DNA from: Peribolospora baueri
Taxonomy: Eukaryota
Direction: 5' to 3'
Assembly: GCA_029717555.1 (NCBI GenBank)
Contig: JAMDHS010000065.1
Coordinates: forward strand, 62,001 to 120,636
Length of the DNA: 58,636 bases
Made by a program: the position numbers and the translations under genes. Below the pieces are notes generated by a model. It worked only from the letters and a program-made list of their open reading frames with translations, searched no databases and had not been told where the DNA came from. Each line of letters starts with the position of its first letter. The stretch's first letter is position 1. Positions 38,101 to 50,201 of the stretch are shown here, one piece after another.

Positions 38101-39437
38101 GTGAGGCGACGGCGACGGTGACAAAACCGGAATCGCCAGAGGCTCGACCACCCACTTAACGTGCGGCTGTTGATCTTCTTGCGCCCGTCGCTGACGATGC
38201 ACACGACCACCTTCTTCCAGCCCTCCTTGCCCCACGTCTTGGAGCGGTCGCGGGTGCAGAGGTGGGAAATGTTCTTCATCACGCCGTGCATGGTGCGCGT
38301 GAAAAGGCCTTCGTCCTCCTGTCGTTTCGTTTGCCGAGGTGAGGGACAGACGAAAGGAAGGCGCGACGGTCAGCGGTACGATGCAAATTGAGGGCCTCCC
38401 CCTTCCACGGCATCCTCGCCTCGCCTCCACGGACGGAATGGACAGCGACCGACGCACGTTGTACATGGTCATGACGATGAACAGCTCCGTCCTCCTCGGT
38501 GGGTCAAACAAGACCTGCCTGAGCGTGTACCGCTCGTCCTTGAAGTCGTTGGGATCGCAAGTGGCGGCGGTGTAGCGCATGTGGGTGAACTCGCGCGACT
38601 CGCGGTCGGGGACCTTTTCGAGCAGCTTGGACGGCACGGGACAGTCTAGGACGAGGTTGCCGTGGTAGAGTCTGCGCAAGACAAGAGCACAAGATGAAAT
38701 GAGGATGACAGGCGAAGGCGATAGTGAAAAAGGTACACTTCGATGAAACACCTCACTCACTCGACCCTCTTGAGCGTCTTGTACCTCCTCGGCACCCTTT
38801 GCGGGATCATGCCGTATCTCACACCGCCACTACTGACTGCAGATTCATGTCCGCCAAAATCATGGACGTCGCTGCCTTCTTCCTCGCCGTAAGGATCGTG
38901 TGCGGCGGCGATCCTGGGGTCGAAGCCGGCAGGGGCGAAGCCGTAACTATTGGCGCTCGCCGCGTCACTGTGTTCCCTGGCGCCGCGGGGAAGGAGCCGT
39001 CCACGCGCCTGGCCGTCGATATCGTCGTCGTCCTCGACCTCCTCCGCTGGCTCAGACGAACGAAAGTAAGGGTTGGGCATGTGATGCGGAGGAGGTTCGC
39101 CGGCGGCGGTCGTGTCGTCGAAGTGGGTGGCGGGGGCGAAGGCGTACTGTCCTCCGCGCTGTACGAGCGGAATGTCGTCGGCTGAGTCTTCGACGTGCAA
39201 GGGCCCGGAGCTTTGTCCAACAACATGAGAGGGCGAAGGAAGCGGCCTCGGGTTCCCGTACACGTCCGGGCCGGCGCCGGAGACGGAAGAGGCGTGCTCG
39301 CTGAACGGGTCTGCGGGGTGAGCATAAGGGTTGTGCGGGGGAGGGGAGACCTGGTGTACGAGGGGAGGGGGCGCATGCTGGTACTCGGGGTACCTCTGGG
39401 CCTCGTCGGCCTCGGGGATATAGCTGTAGGAGGACAT
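35119..39437 (-). CDS. Second division-1 chitin synthase, multi-exon
   Basis: [96 protein letters not shown], ending ...RLFAGE*. Confidence 0.97.
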
Positions 39438-40849
39438 GGCTCAAGGCTGTGAGAGGGAGGGAACCGCCCTGTCGGTGCGACGGTCAAGGAAGGGGATCGG
39501 TATGCGGAAGGAGGACGAGGGGAAGAAGAAGTAAAAATAAGTGGCGGCGATCGTCGTCGTTATCGTCGTCGTCGCTGTTCGTTCGGTCAGTGATGCGATC
39601 CGGTGGGTGTGGTGGTGATGGTGGGTATATGTGTACCTGGACAAAGAGAAGGAGGAGCGTCAGCGGTCGGTGGTCCGTCGTCGTCCACATATGTCCCCCT
39701 CTCCCTCCCTTCTTCCCGGCCTGCCTCTCTCCATCCCTCCCTCCCTCCATCCGCCACTTCTCGTTCCTGTCCCGTGCGTATGCACGCACCTCTCGATCAC
39801 GACACGGCCGAAGGGAGGAGGGGGCGATGACGAGGCGCTGGGCTGGGCTGGGCTGGGCTGTCTGCGAGTGGGGGCAAAGCGCTGCGTCGAGCGGGTCCAG
39901 CTGGTGGTTCGTGGCGAGGATCCTTGGTCGTCGGCGCACAGCCTGCCTGGAGTTGACGTCGTCCGTCGCCTTCGCTCCCCTTGCCCATCCGTGCGCTCGC
40001 TCTCAGCCACAACCCAGCGACGACCTCGGCGGTGCACTGCGGCGCCGGGGTTGCTGCGGCGCCTCCCACGTGCGCCGCCGGTCCGCGTCCGTAACCACAT
40101 TCGGCGCGGTCGCTCGGAGCGGAAGAGAAAATTCCGATCGAAACGCCGAAGACGCCGAGGCGGCGGGCATGGTCTATAAAAGGGCGTGGGGGAGGGGCCT
40201 CCCCATTTTCTTTTCCTCATACTTACCTTGTGTTGAGGTGGCCGCTCAAGGATGGCTTCCCTCCGGTGTGGTCTGCTCGCATTGCACAGCGACCCGTCTT
40301 CGTCTCACGAGCAGACCGCTCCGCCTCCTCGGCTCTGCTGGGGTGGAATACCCAATATTTCGAGCTGGCCCTTCTCTCCTTCGGGGGAGGAGGGCCTTTT
40401 TTGCGTTCGGACCATCGGTGTAGCTAGCTAGCTATATTATCAGAGTGCAATCCGAGGAAGCGTCGCATCGCATTGTAATCGCATCGTCTTTCATATCGTA
40501 CAGTGCAGCATCTTAATCATCTTCCCTTACAGGAAGCAGCCATGTTAAGTGTTGGCCGCTCTCCCCACTCCCTGCCCGCCTCGTCGCGCCCGCACGATGG
40601 CCCATTGGCCACCGCCGGCCATGGATGGCCTCGAGAGTGCGCGAGAAGAAGAGAGCAGACGGCCTCCTATGCAAACACGCAAGCCAGATGCTCGCCAAAG
40701 GACGCAACCATCTGTTGCTTGTTTCGCGCGACCATGCCGCAGCACTTTCGCGAAGAACTCCCCCCCGCAGCATCCACTCCGTCGATCCACAGCAAAGTCA
40801 AAGTCGGCATACCAAGGTACGAACGGACGGACGGACGGACCAGACAGAC

Positions 40850-43141
40850 ATGTCGTCTTCCCGGCCACATTTCCTCGACGGGCTCGCCGAATACACGACC
40901 CGCAGACCCCTACTGACGCTCACCGCAGCCGCGCTCGCTGGGTCCATCGTCACGGCCGGCGCGATCGGCGCTGGCAGGCGACTAACGCGTAAGAGGCGAA
41001 GGAAGCACCTCGCCGACTCGCTGAGCGCCGGCGACTGGGGTGAGGAGTCGCGCTTGCCTACCCCTTCCAATGCGGACGCGCACTTGGACCTGGGACAGGA
41101 TCAGGAGGCGCACGACGCTCGACGGGCGGCGGACAAGCTGATCCGCGCTTCCAACAGCGCAGCGAGGGATTTTGACCCGGACCTCATCCGCGAGCAGCTC
41201 AGTCGCAACTACAGCTTCCTCGGCGACGAGGGTATGGCCAGGATCAGGGATAGCTTTGTCGTCGTCGTTGGAGCTGGTGGCGTGGGCAGTTGGGCGGCGC
41301 TCATGTTACTGGTGAGTGCTTGCGCGTCCCTCGACGCTTCCCTTCCGGCGAGGCTTGCCACAGGCTGATCACACCCCAATCCTTTCATATCGGCCACCGG
41401 TCTCCTCGTCTCCCATGCCGTTCAGCGCTCCGGAGTCTCTCGTCTCCGCCTCATCGATTTTGACCAGGTCACTCTCTCCTCTCTCAACCGGCATGCCGTC
41501 GCGACCCTCGGAGACGTCGGTCGACCCAAGGTCACCGTCTGCCAACGACACTTTGCCGACATCGCGCCATGGGCCGAGGTGGAGGCCCGGATAGAGATGT
41601 ATTCTCCCGATAACGCTCGCCAACTTTTGTCCGGTGGGTTTCCGTGCACCGCGGGCAATACGTGTGTTCGATGCCGCTTTTCTGCTCTCCCCACTGACTC
41701 GATCGACGCCCCTCGCTTCGTCCTTTTTCCTCGCCTCGCGTCTGGCCAGGCGAACCCACGTGGGTTATCGACGCCATTGACAACATCAACACCAAAGTCG
41801 ACTTGCTCAAGTACTGCTACGAGAACGGCATCAAGGTCTTCTCGAGCATGGGAGCCGGCGCCAAGAGTGACCCCAGCAGGATCCAGATCAGGTCGGTGGA
41901 CAGACAGACAGACAGCGACCCCTTTGCTTCTCGTCTTCTTCCCCAGGCTGACCTCGTCCGTTCACACACGCCCTTTCTTTGCTTTTTTCCTGCCCATGGC
42001 GTCCATCGTCCAGCGACATCTCCACCACCTTTGAAGATCCTCTGGCCCGCTCCGTCCGGCGCCAGCTCCGGGCACTCAACATCCCTCCCCTGCCGCCGAA
42101 GAACACCCCGACCGGCACCGGCAGGAACACGCCAGCCGGGGTGGACGACGCCCTGGACGCAGATTCGGCGGCGGCGGCGGCCCCCGTCGGCATCCCGTGC
42201 GTCTACAGCACGGAGAAGAGCGACACGCGCCTCCTACCGCTCGACGAGGAGGAGTTCCAAAAGGGCAAAGTCGCCGAGCTGAGCGCGGTGGAGAACTTTA
42301 GAGTACGGATTTTGCCAGTCTTGGGTGAGCGTCCCCGTCCCGTCTATCCTCCCTCGGCCGGTCCGGTGCGGTGCGCCGCCGTCGTCCCTCGTTCACGCGC
42401 GTATCGCTCAAGGGTACACTTTGGCTGGCCTTTGTCACGCCCCCGTCCCGTGCCGCGCTCTTCACGGCAGGTCCGCTGCCGGCCATGTTCGGCCTCGCGG
42501 CCGCGACGCACGTCTTGTGCGCCATCGCCGAGTATCCACAGGAGCCGCTGGCCATCAAGGGGAGGCGCAAGGTGCTGGAAAAGGTGTGTAGAAGAACGCC
42601 TCTCCGCTCCGTTCGGGCGGCGTACGCGTGCGTGTGCTGATCGTGACGTGGATCTTTCCCCCCGGGCTGTGGAGCAGGTCCTGATGGATACGTCCAGCGT
42701 TGAGCGACGCGTCTTTCAAGCAGCGTGAGTGTGGCCTGCAGTACAGTCGAGGTGGGACGATGAGCTGGCCGACTGAACCCGACCGTCCGACCTTTCTTTC
42801 CCAAACACGCCGCCTTCTTCTTTCGTCCGCCCTCGTCCCGTCCCCTCAGTAATATCCCCTTCTCCGTAGAAGACTTGAACTACATCTACTCCGAAATCTT
42901 CCGTGGCCGGTCCGTCCACCCTCCGTTCGCCTCCGTCTCCAAACCCTACATCCTCCGCTGGGACCCACGCCGACCGCTGGCGTACGACAACTTGGTCCTG
43001 TTTGACAAGGGCAACGCGGCTCGGCACGAGAAGGAGGTGCTCGTTCCGCGGAGGAAGCCGGACGAGGTTTGGGGTGACGAGGTGGTGCAGGAAGTGGAGA
43101 AGAGGATGGAGGAGGAGAGGAGGCTTCGGGTGTGGAGGTAG
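40850..43141 (+). CDS. TCD1: ThiF-family tRNA threonylcarbamoyladenosine dehydratase (Tcd1/Tcd2-like) with N-terminal membrane anchor
   Basis: LIREQLSRNYSFLG, VVVVGAGGVGSW, RLIDFDQVTLSSLNRH, IDAIDNINTKVDLL, SSMGAGAKSDP, DPLARSVR, IPCVYSTEK, FRVRILPVLGPLPAMFG. Confidence 0.92.
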
Positions 43142-43760
43142 AACTAAACCGCCCCGCCCCGCGCGGACCGCGGCGCATTCATTCTTAACCTCTTGTATGT
43201 ACGTCGCGTCGCACACACACGCACACACGGACGACGATACAGCTTTTCGTGACCGTCTCGGGACCTTTCCAACATCCGCGCTGACGTGCTGCATTGTATG
43301 CGTGCATGAGCGGACGGACGCGTGCGGACGGATGGCCGGACGCCGCACGCCGATGGACGGTTGGTTGGTTGGGGCGGACGGAAGGAGGCGGTTGGTGTGG
43401 TGGTGGCGATGCGATGTGGTCGCTTTCATCGGTCGCACCACTTGGGTTGCGACGTTGGTGAGAGATACAAGGAGAGAGAAAGATCAAGCGTTCCTTCATT
43501 CCATTTCCGAGCTCGCTGTGGAGAAAGAACGAATAGGGCAAAAATTCACGCGTATGCATATACGACGCGGCGGCGCGCACGTGGATGGAGCGTCTCTCAG
43601 GCAGAGTAGAGAGGCAAGGAGACGCCAAAAAAAGAGGATGGAAAGAAGGAAAGAAGAAGAAGGAAAGAGGTATACGAAACGAAAAGGGGGCGCAATCCAG
43701 CATCATCCCATCTCCCGAGACGCCTCAGGCGGCCGCCTCCACTCCCGCCGGCTGCGTCGC

Positions 43761-45256
43761 CTAAGCTGACAGCTCCAGCTCGCCGCCGCCGTCTCTCTGT
43801 GCGCCTGTGACGATGCTAGGAGGCGCACGAGGCCCCCATATGGCGAGGCTGTCCTCGCTCGCGGGGACACGGGTCGTCTTTGTGGTATTGTTGACCAGGT
43901 CACCGTCGGAGTAGTGCTATCCGTTGCGGAGGCGAGAGTGGGTGAATCGTCAGCGATGGTTCGACGCTTTTCCTTCCCCGTTCCCGTCCCACCGTCCTTC
44001 CGCCCAGCCTAGTTAGCCCACAGCTGGCACAACCCCCAAGTCAGTCGCCGTTTCAAGAGCTCAACTCACCTCGAGGATGAAGCCGGTCTGATCGAACCAG
44101 TAATCAAAGACCTGCGAGCCTAGGATCTACTCGCGTCGCGATGCGGAGGATCAGTATCAGAACCGGAGACAGGAGGCCGACCGAGCCGGACTCACGTGTC
44201 TGCCGATGCCCCAACAAGGCTTGTACCCCTTGTCGGCAAGAAAGTCGTGAGCAAGGGCTTGGACGTCCAAGTCGTGCACCTCGAAGGAGGCGTGGTGGAC
44301 GCGGTCCAAGTTGGACTGGAGAACGAAGAAGGAGTCTAGGGGCGGAAGGGAAAGTGGGGGGGTGCAGCTGCAGTCAGAATCCCAGTCACGGACGGCCCTC
44401 GGCAGACGAGACGAGCGACGGCGGGCGACGTACGATGGTCTACGAGCTCCTCGCCGAGGTCGATGTGGAAAAAGGCGCCCACTTCCTTGTCTGGGTCATC
44501 GAGAGCGGTGAGCACGTCGGAGGGGACGAGGTTGAAGGCGGAGGTGTACCAAGAAGACACTTTGGTAAAGTCGGTGGCGAAAAGGCCATAGTGACCCAGA
44601 ACATGGACCAAGCACTTGCCCTTGTCGTACCTCCTAAACGTGTTCACTGGCCGGTCCTTCTTCGAGGGGTAGTTCGTGGGCTGGACGACCTTGACGCCGC
44701 TATCCGTCCTGGACGTCGGAGCCTGGCCGTGGACGAGATGGACGTAGAAGCCGTTGGGGTCGCGGAGGGTGACGGAGCGCCCACCGCCTGGGCAAGCCGA
44801 GAGCGGGTAGACGAGCGAGGTGGCGTCAGCGAACTCGGGCGGACAGACGGCGTCAGGATGTTTGGCAGCCTGAAGAACGAGAGGCAGAGGTACGTAAGAA
44901 GGAACGCTCGCACGACCGTCGTTCTGCTCTGCCTCGCTCCGGGCCGGGCCGGGCCAGGCCAGCCGGTCGGTCGGCAGGCTCACCTTTTCCAGGTCCTCCT
45001 CTCCGACGACGACAAAGGTGCCTCCCAAGAACGCCTTGTGGTCCCCCTTCACGGCCACATAAACGTAAGGCCGGTCGCCGTAGCCTCTGAACCAGGCGGT
45101 GTCCCTGCGGAAGGGAGACTGGTCGGCGGGACGGCGGTCGACGAGGGAGAAGCCAAAGTCCTCGAGGAAGGAGCAGGCCTTGTCGAGGTCGGAGTGGGCG
45201 TAGGTGACGTGGGAGAGGTGGTGCAGACGGATGCGGGTGTCGGGGGTTGAAGACAT
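43761..45256 (-). CDS. Two-domain VOC / glyoxalase-type extradiol ring-cleavage dioxygenase (trihydroxytoluene oxygenase-like)
   Basis: LHHLSHVTYAHSDLDKACSFLEDFGF, VTLRDPNGF, LGHYG, FFHIDLGEELVDH, HHASFEV, WGIGRH|ILGSQVFDYWFD..GFILE|HYSDGDLVN. Confidence 0.9.
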
Positions 45257-45668
45257 GGCGGTGACCGAGCTCTCGTTGCTTGTTTCTCGGATGGGGATGA
45301 AGGTGCAGAGCAAGGCGAGGAGGACGAAGGTCACCTTCCATCACCTCCCCCGTCCTCGCTCTCCACACTCTAGGGTATCTCGGCAAGCCACGTGGGCGCA
45401 GACCTGGACGTACGCCGGCGCGCGCCGTCATCGCTGCCTCGAACGGGCGTAGTACGGCCGGCCATGCTCGTGTCGGACCCGCGGCACGGCAGCAAGATGG
45501 AGCACACTAAGGGCCCGCCCCCGCCTTCGGCCCCGCTCTCTTATTACACTCTTATTACACCTCTCTTTGCGTCGGAAAAAGCGGCTATCGGTGGAGACGA
45601 CGGACGGTGTGGACAGCCAGCCAAGCCAGCTTCCGTGTTAGCCGGCCCTCGTAGCACAATCGCTTTCG

Positions 45669-47008
45669 ATGCTCGGCCGTGGCAGAGCCGTCCTGCTGTC
45701 CCTCGCCTCCACATCTCGCAGCGCTCGCGCCTCGGCCCATCGTCCAACCACCTCTCTTCGACCCGCCACCACCAGGACCAGGAACGCGATCGCTGGCCTC
45801 CCCACCATGTCCACCCCCTCCTCTTTGCCTTCGCCCGTCGCCCCGTGGAAGCGCCTCATCCGCTTCACCGCCCTCGAAGACGGCCAGACGTACCTGGGCG
45901 AGCCGACGGGCGAGGACCAGACGACCGACCTGGGAGTGCTAGTTTACGAAGGCAAGCAGAAGGTGCAGGCTAGGGTTATTGAAGGCGGTCCATTCGAGGA
46001 AGGCAAAGTCACGGACAAGGTCTTGACTGTCAAGGAGGTGCGTAGGGCGAGCCAGCTAGTTAGAGGACGTGCTGTGCTCAATCCCTCTCTCCTTCTTCCA
46101 TTCTCGCTCGCTCGTTCAGCTCCTGTGCCCTCTTACGAAAGAGCAAGTGAACACGATCCGCTGCCTCGGCCTCAACTATCGGGGTGAGCAAAAGGGAATG
46201 GTGGGAAGGACGGGGAGCGGGACGGACCAGCCTCTCGCTTTCTTTCCTTTTCTTTGAGCCCGCCTTGCCGCCTCGTCTGACGCCCTCCTTCCTGATCCTT
46301 CTTCTGCAAGACCACGCGGAAGAGGCCAAACTCGCCATCCCCACCGAGCCCGTACTCTTCCACAAGCCTCGCACCTCCCTCACGGGACCCTATCCGTCGC
46401 CCATCGTCGTGCCCAAGCACACGCAAGACGGCCAGGCTGACTACGAGAGCGAGGTGTGCATCGTCATTGGGAGGGACTGCAAGGACGTGACGGAGGAAGA
46501 GGCGCTGGACTATGTGCTCGGTTATACCTCGTCCAACGACGTTTCTGCCAGGAAGGACCAGTTTGCGACGTCGCAGTGGTCCCGGTCCAAGGGATACGAC
46601 TCTGCTTGTCCCATCGGTGGGTCGCTCTGTTCGGACCGGACCGTCTGATCGCCTCCCATCCCTCCTCCATATATTGATCCTCCGCGCGTCCTTGGCCTCC
46701 ACCCAGGTCCGTGCATCGTCTCGACGGCGCTCGTTCCAGACCCGAGTGTGCTAACGATCCGGGGCCTACTCAACGGCAAGGAGATGCAACGCTCGTCGCT
46801 ATCCAAGCTCATCTTCTCCATCGCGCGCTCCATCGCTTTCCTCAGCAACGGCACCACGCTCGAGCGCGGAAGCTTGATCTTGACGGGCACGCCCTTTGGT
46901 GTCGGTTTTACCAAGGAGCCTAAAGTGTGCTTGTGCGATGGTGATGAGATGAGGATCGAGACGGGCGGCGGCGTTGGTACGTTGATCAACAAGGTGGTGT
47001 ATCAGTGA
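45669..47008 (+). CDS. Fumarylacetoacetate hydrolase (FAH) family protein
   Basis: WKRLIRF, IRCLGLNYR|DHAEE, PVLFHKP, DYESEVCIVIG, GYTSSNDVSAR, WSRSKGYDSACPIG|P, GTTLERGSLILTGTPFGVG. A second in-frame ATG lies at 45807. Confidence 0.94.
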
Positions 47009-47772
47009 TCGCCGGACCGGAAGCCACGGTTAGAGGCGTAGACGAATGAATGACTAGGAATCTGCGAACACGATCAGTCAGTCAGTACGAAAGAAGGTAG
47101 CCCACGCATGCATTCCATCACCACATATGTCACCATCGGCCGACCCGGCCGGCGGGCCTGGTGTGGACTGCGAAGTGACTTTGGCGAGAAGGCTGGCTGG
47201 ACGCGGCATCGCAAAGTGTACATTTGTAAACCTAAAACATCGTCGTCGTCGGTTTGTTTCACTCGCACGGACGCGGTTGTCGGTCAGACGATCAGATCGA
47301 ATGCGGACGCGCGGGAATGTAGCGTTCGCCCGGCCGTCGGTAGTCGGGTCCGGGTTAGCGGGAGGTGTTAGGTCAGGGACAGATGACAGATGGATGGATG
47401 GAGGCTTGCACGGCGACAGCGGCGACGGCAGCGAAGATCGACTCGACGAGCTCGGCCGCCGCTGCCGACGGATGGACGGATGGCCAAGCGTGATATACGC
47501 AATCGCCCTTCCTCATCCCTCCTTCTCGCCCTCCATCTCCCCTCCATCGTCTCCTCGCCCCGTCGTCAACATTCGTTGCCGTAACTACCTACCAAACCGC
47601 CGTCACGAACAGCCGTCCGCCTGCTTCCAGCCCGCCCGCCTTCTCTTCTCCGCAGCGACCCCAACCCACGCTCACATCGCCCCGATCGAACCAGTCCGCT
47701 GTCGTATCCCCGTCTCCAGCTCGCTCCACCGGCAAGGCGAATAGGAGAGCGGTGATAGGATAAAACAGAATC

Positions 47773-47852
47773 GGACAGGGCAGGACAGGACAGGATAGGA
47801 CAGGATAGGACAGGATAGGACAGGATAGGACAGGACAGGACAGGATAGGACA
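47773..47852. repeat. (GGACA/GGATA)n pentanucleotide microsatellite
   Basis: About 16 tandem pentamers read directly, upstream of the secreted-protein gene. Confidence 0.95.
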
Positions 47853-48087
47853 AGATTGGAGTGTCAGAGGGCGACGGACCACCCGAAAGGAGCCGCATCC
47901 TGGACGGAGAGAGGAAGAGCGCAGCGAAGGAGCACATCTTACGCTTGCTACTACCGCCGCCGCCGCCCAGCACCTCTTCTTCGTCTCTCCTCTCCTCCCT
48001 GCTTCATCGTCCGTCTCCCTCCTCACCTCTTCCCCTCTCCACCTCGACCAGTCCAGTGGTCGACAAGCCCTACAGGTGCCGCCCACC

Positions 48088-49349
48088 ATGCTCCGCGCCA
48101 TCCGCCTCCCAGTCGCTCTCCCCCTCCTCCTCTCCCTCCTCGTTCTTCCTACTACTGCCACCCCCCCTCCTCTCTCCCGACAAGTCGCCATCCTCCGCTC
48201 TTTCCGCCCCGCCACGGCTCCTATCGAGGCGGTCAGGAGAGCGAAGACAACAGCGGTGATCAGCATCCCCGTGGATTGCGTCGCCGTCTGTCAGCCCTTC
48301 GAGTCGAGTAGGGAGGTGAGTGACAGTCCGGTCTGCGTCTTTCGCATCGCATCGCCTATATCCTTTGCATGTCTGGCTCCTCGCGCTCTGCAAGTGGGCT
48401 CCTCCGCCTAGCTGGTGAATCGCCGATCCCCGCCCGCGGTTTTGGACGCTGACCGGAAGAATCTCGCCTTACCCCCTTCTCGTGACACTCTCACCCGCTT
48501 CGCCAGACCTGCACAGATGACTCCTGCTTCTGCACCGTCGAGAACGTTTCCACCTTTGCCGCCTGCCTCAACTGCTTCCCAAGCTACGTGGCCGCTTTCC
48601 CCCAGTTTGGTAGTGGCAACGCCGCGCCGGAGACCGTTTTCAATGGTGAGTGGGTCGAGGAGACGGTAAGCGAAAGCGCGAGGAGGGTGGATCCAAGGAG
48701 GAAAGGATAGACGAGGTTCGCTAGGTGCACGACGCTGCTCGCTCGTGTGCGACTCACACAAACTCCGTGCTCACCTTCACATCATCTGCCTATTCGCCTC
48801 GGTCACCGCCTGTCAGCCTTCTTAAACGGCTGCACAAACGAAGGATTCCTCTCACCGGCCACGCTCTCCTCTTCCGCCGCTTCGTCCACCGCAAGTAGCG
48901 GCTCTTCAACTGCCTCCACCAACGCCACCACGACCGGCGCCGTCTCTGGCTCTCGCTCCTCGACCCCCACTTTCTCCGGCGCCTCCGCATCTCACACCGG
49001 CTGGCTGTCCGTCACCGGCTCCCTCAACTCCACGTCCCTCTCTGCTGGATCGTCCACGACGACCGACTCGGCCATCCACAACTCGTTCACCGAGCCTTCC
49101 TCCATCAGCGTCGCTTACTGCTCCGGTACCACCGCCTGTCCCTCCATCACCACTTCTCCCATCGGCGGATCGTCTGGAGGCCAGGCAACACAGACGGGCG
49201 GCGCGGGAGGGAACCCCTCGGCGACGCACACGGGCGGGGCGGTGGCCAAGGTCGCTGGAGGACGGGACGGTCCTGCGAGCACGGCCGCCGCCGTCGCCGC
49301 GTTAGCCATGGCCGTCGTCGCCGGCGCTGGGTGGTTGGCCGTCGTGTGA
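48088..49349 (+). CDS. Secreted, probably GPI-anchored Cys-rich / Ser-Thr-rich cell-surface protein
   Basis: Hydrophobic N-terminus LPVALPLLLSLLVL, a spliced Cys domain CVAVC...TCTDDSCFC...AACLNC...NGC, an S/T-rich stalk, and a hydrophobic C-terminus AAVAALAMAVVAGAGWLAVV*. Confidence 0.8.
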
Positions 49350-50201
49350 CCGCGAGCGGCCGATGGCAGACGGGGAGGAGGATTGGACGGACGAAGAGGT
49401 GCCGACTGAACTGGCGGGCACCTTTTTTACCTCTTTCCTTCCTTCCTTCCGTTCGCTTCGCTCTCGTCCTCGTCTCCCTTTTCTGTTTCCCTCCTTCTCC
49501 AATCAACGGACACTGCTTCTCATCGCATTTCAGTACTCTTCATCCACATCGTCCTCTCCTTCGTCTTCCCTCGCTCGCTAGCCACGTGTGCCCGTAATCT
49601 GTTTTTTGTAACACCTCTCTCCCCTTCACCTCATTTGCACGGCTCACCTAATTCCACCTTCCTTGCTCCGTTCGCGCTTTCTGTGTGTGGCGAAGGCCGC
49701 TTTACATTGAAGGGTCGGTATTTGTGGCGGCGAACAGGACGGGATGGATCGCACGTACGTACGAATGAACACGCGTAGACGAAGCGTTTATACCTACTTT
49801 CTTTCTCCTTTCGCGCGGGGCCGGGCGACTTCGGTGCTGCGGCACGGCCCTGGTGGCAGTCTTCCCATGTCGCCGTCGCCGTCATTGTCGTAGACGACGT
49901 TTTCCTTTCCTTTCCTTTCCTTTCCACCTCCAGCGTCCTTGCACGCATCCTCTCCTCCTCTCCTCTCGTATCCGCCCTTTGCATTTCACACGTCGTTCTT
50001 GTTCCTAGCATCAGCAGCTTTATACCACCCCGTCCTCCGCCCGGAATAGTCTCGCCAGCACCGCACGCCCCGACGCCTTTCTACCCATACCTTCCTCCTC
50101 CTTCCGCCCACTTCACACCCTCTGCGCCCCCTCCCTCATCTCCGGCCAGGACAGTCTTTTTTCTTGTCGGCCCTTCGAACCACCGCACACTCCGAAGCGA
50201 G

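Noticed and set aside
44141..45250. 369-aa plus-strand ORF
   Set aside because: It is an antisense shadow of the dioxygenase gene caused by GC-rich codon bias.
47006..47041. Possible stop-codon readthrough producing a cryptic peroxisomal signal on the FAH protein
   Set aside because: The context is TGA TCG rather than TGA CTA, and the extension ends in LEA, which is not PTS1-like.
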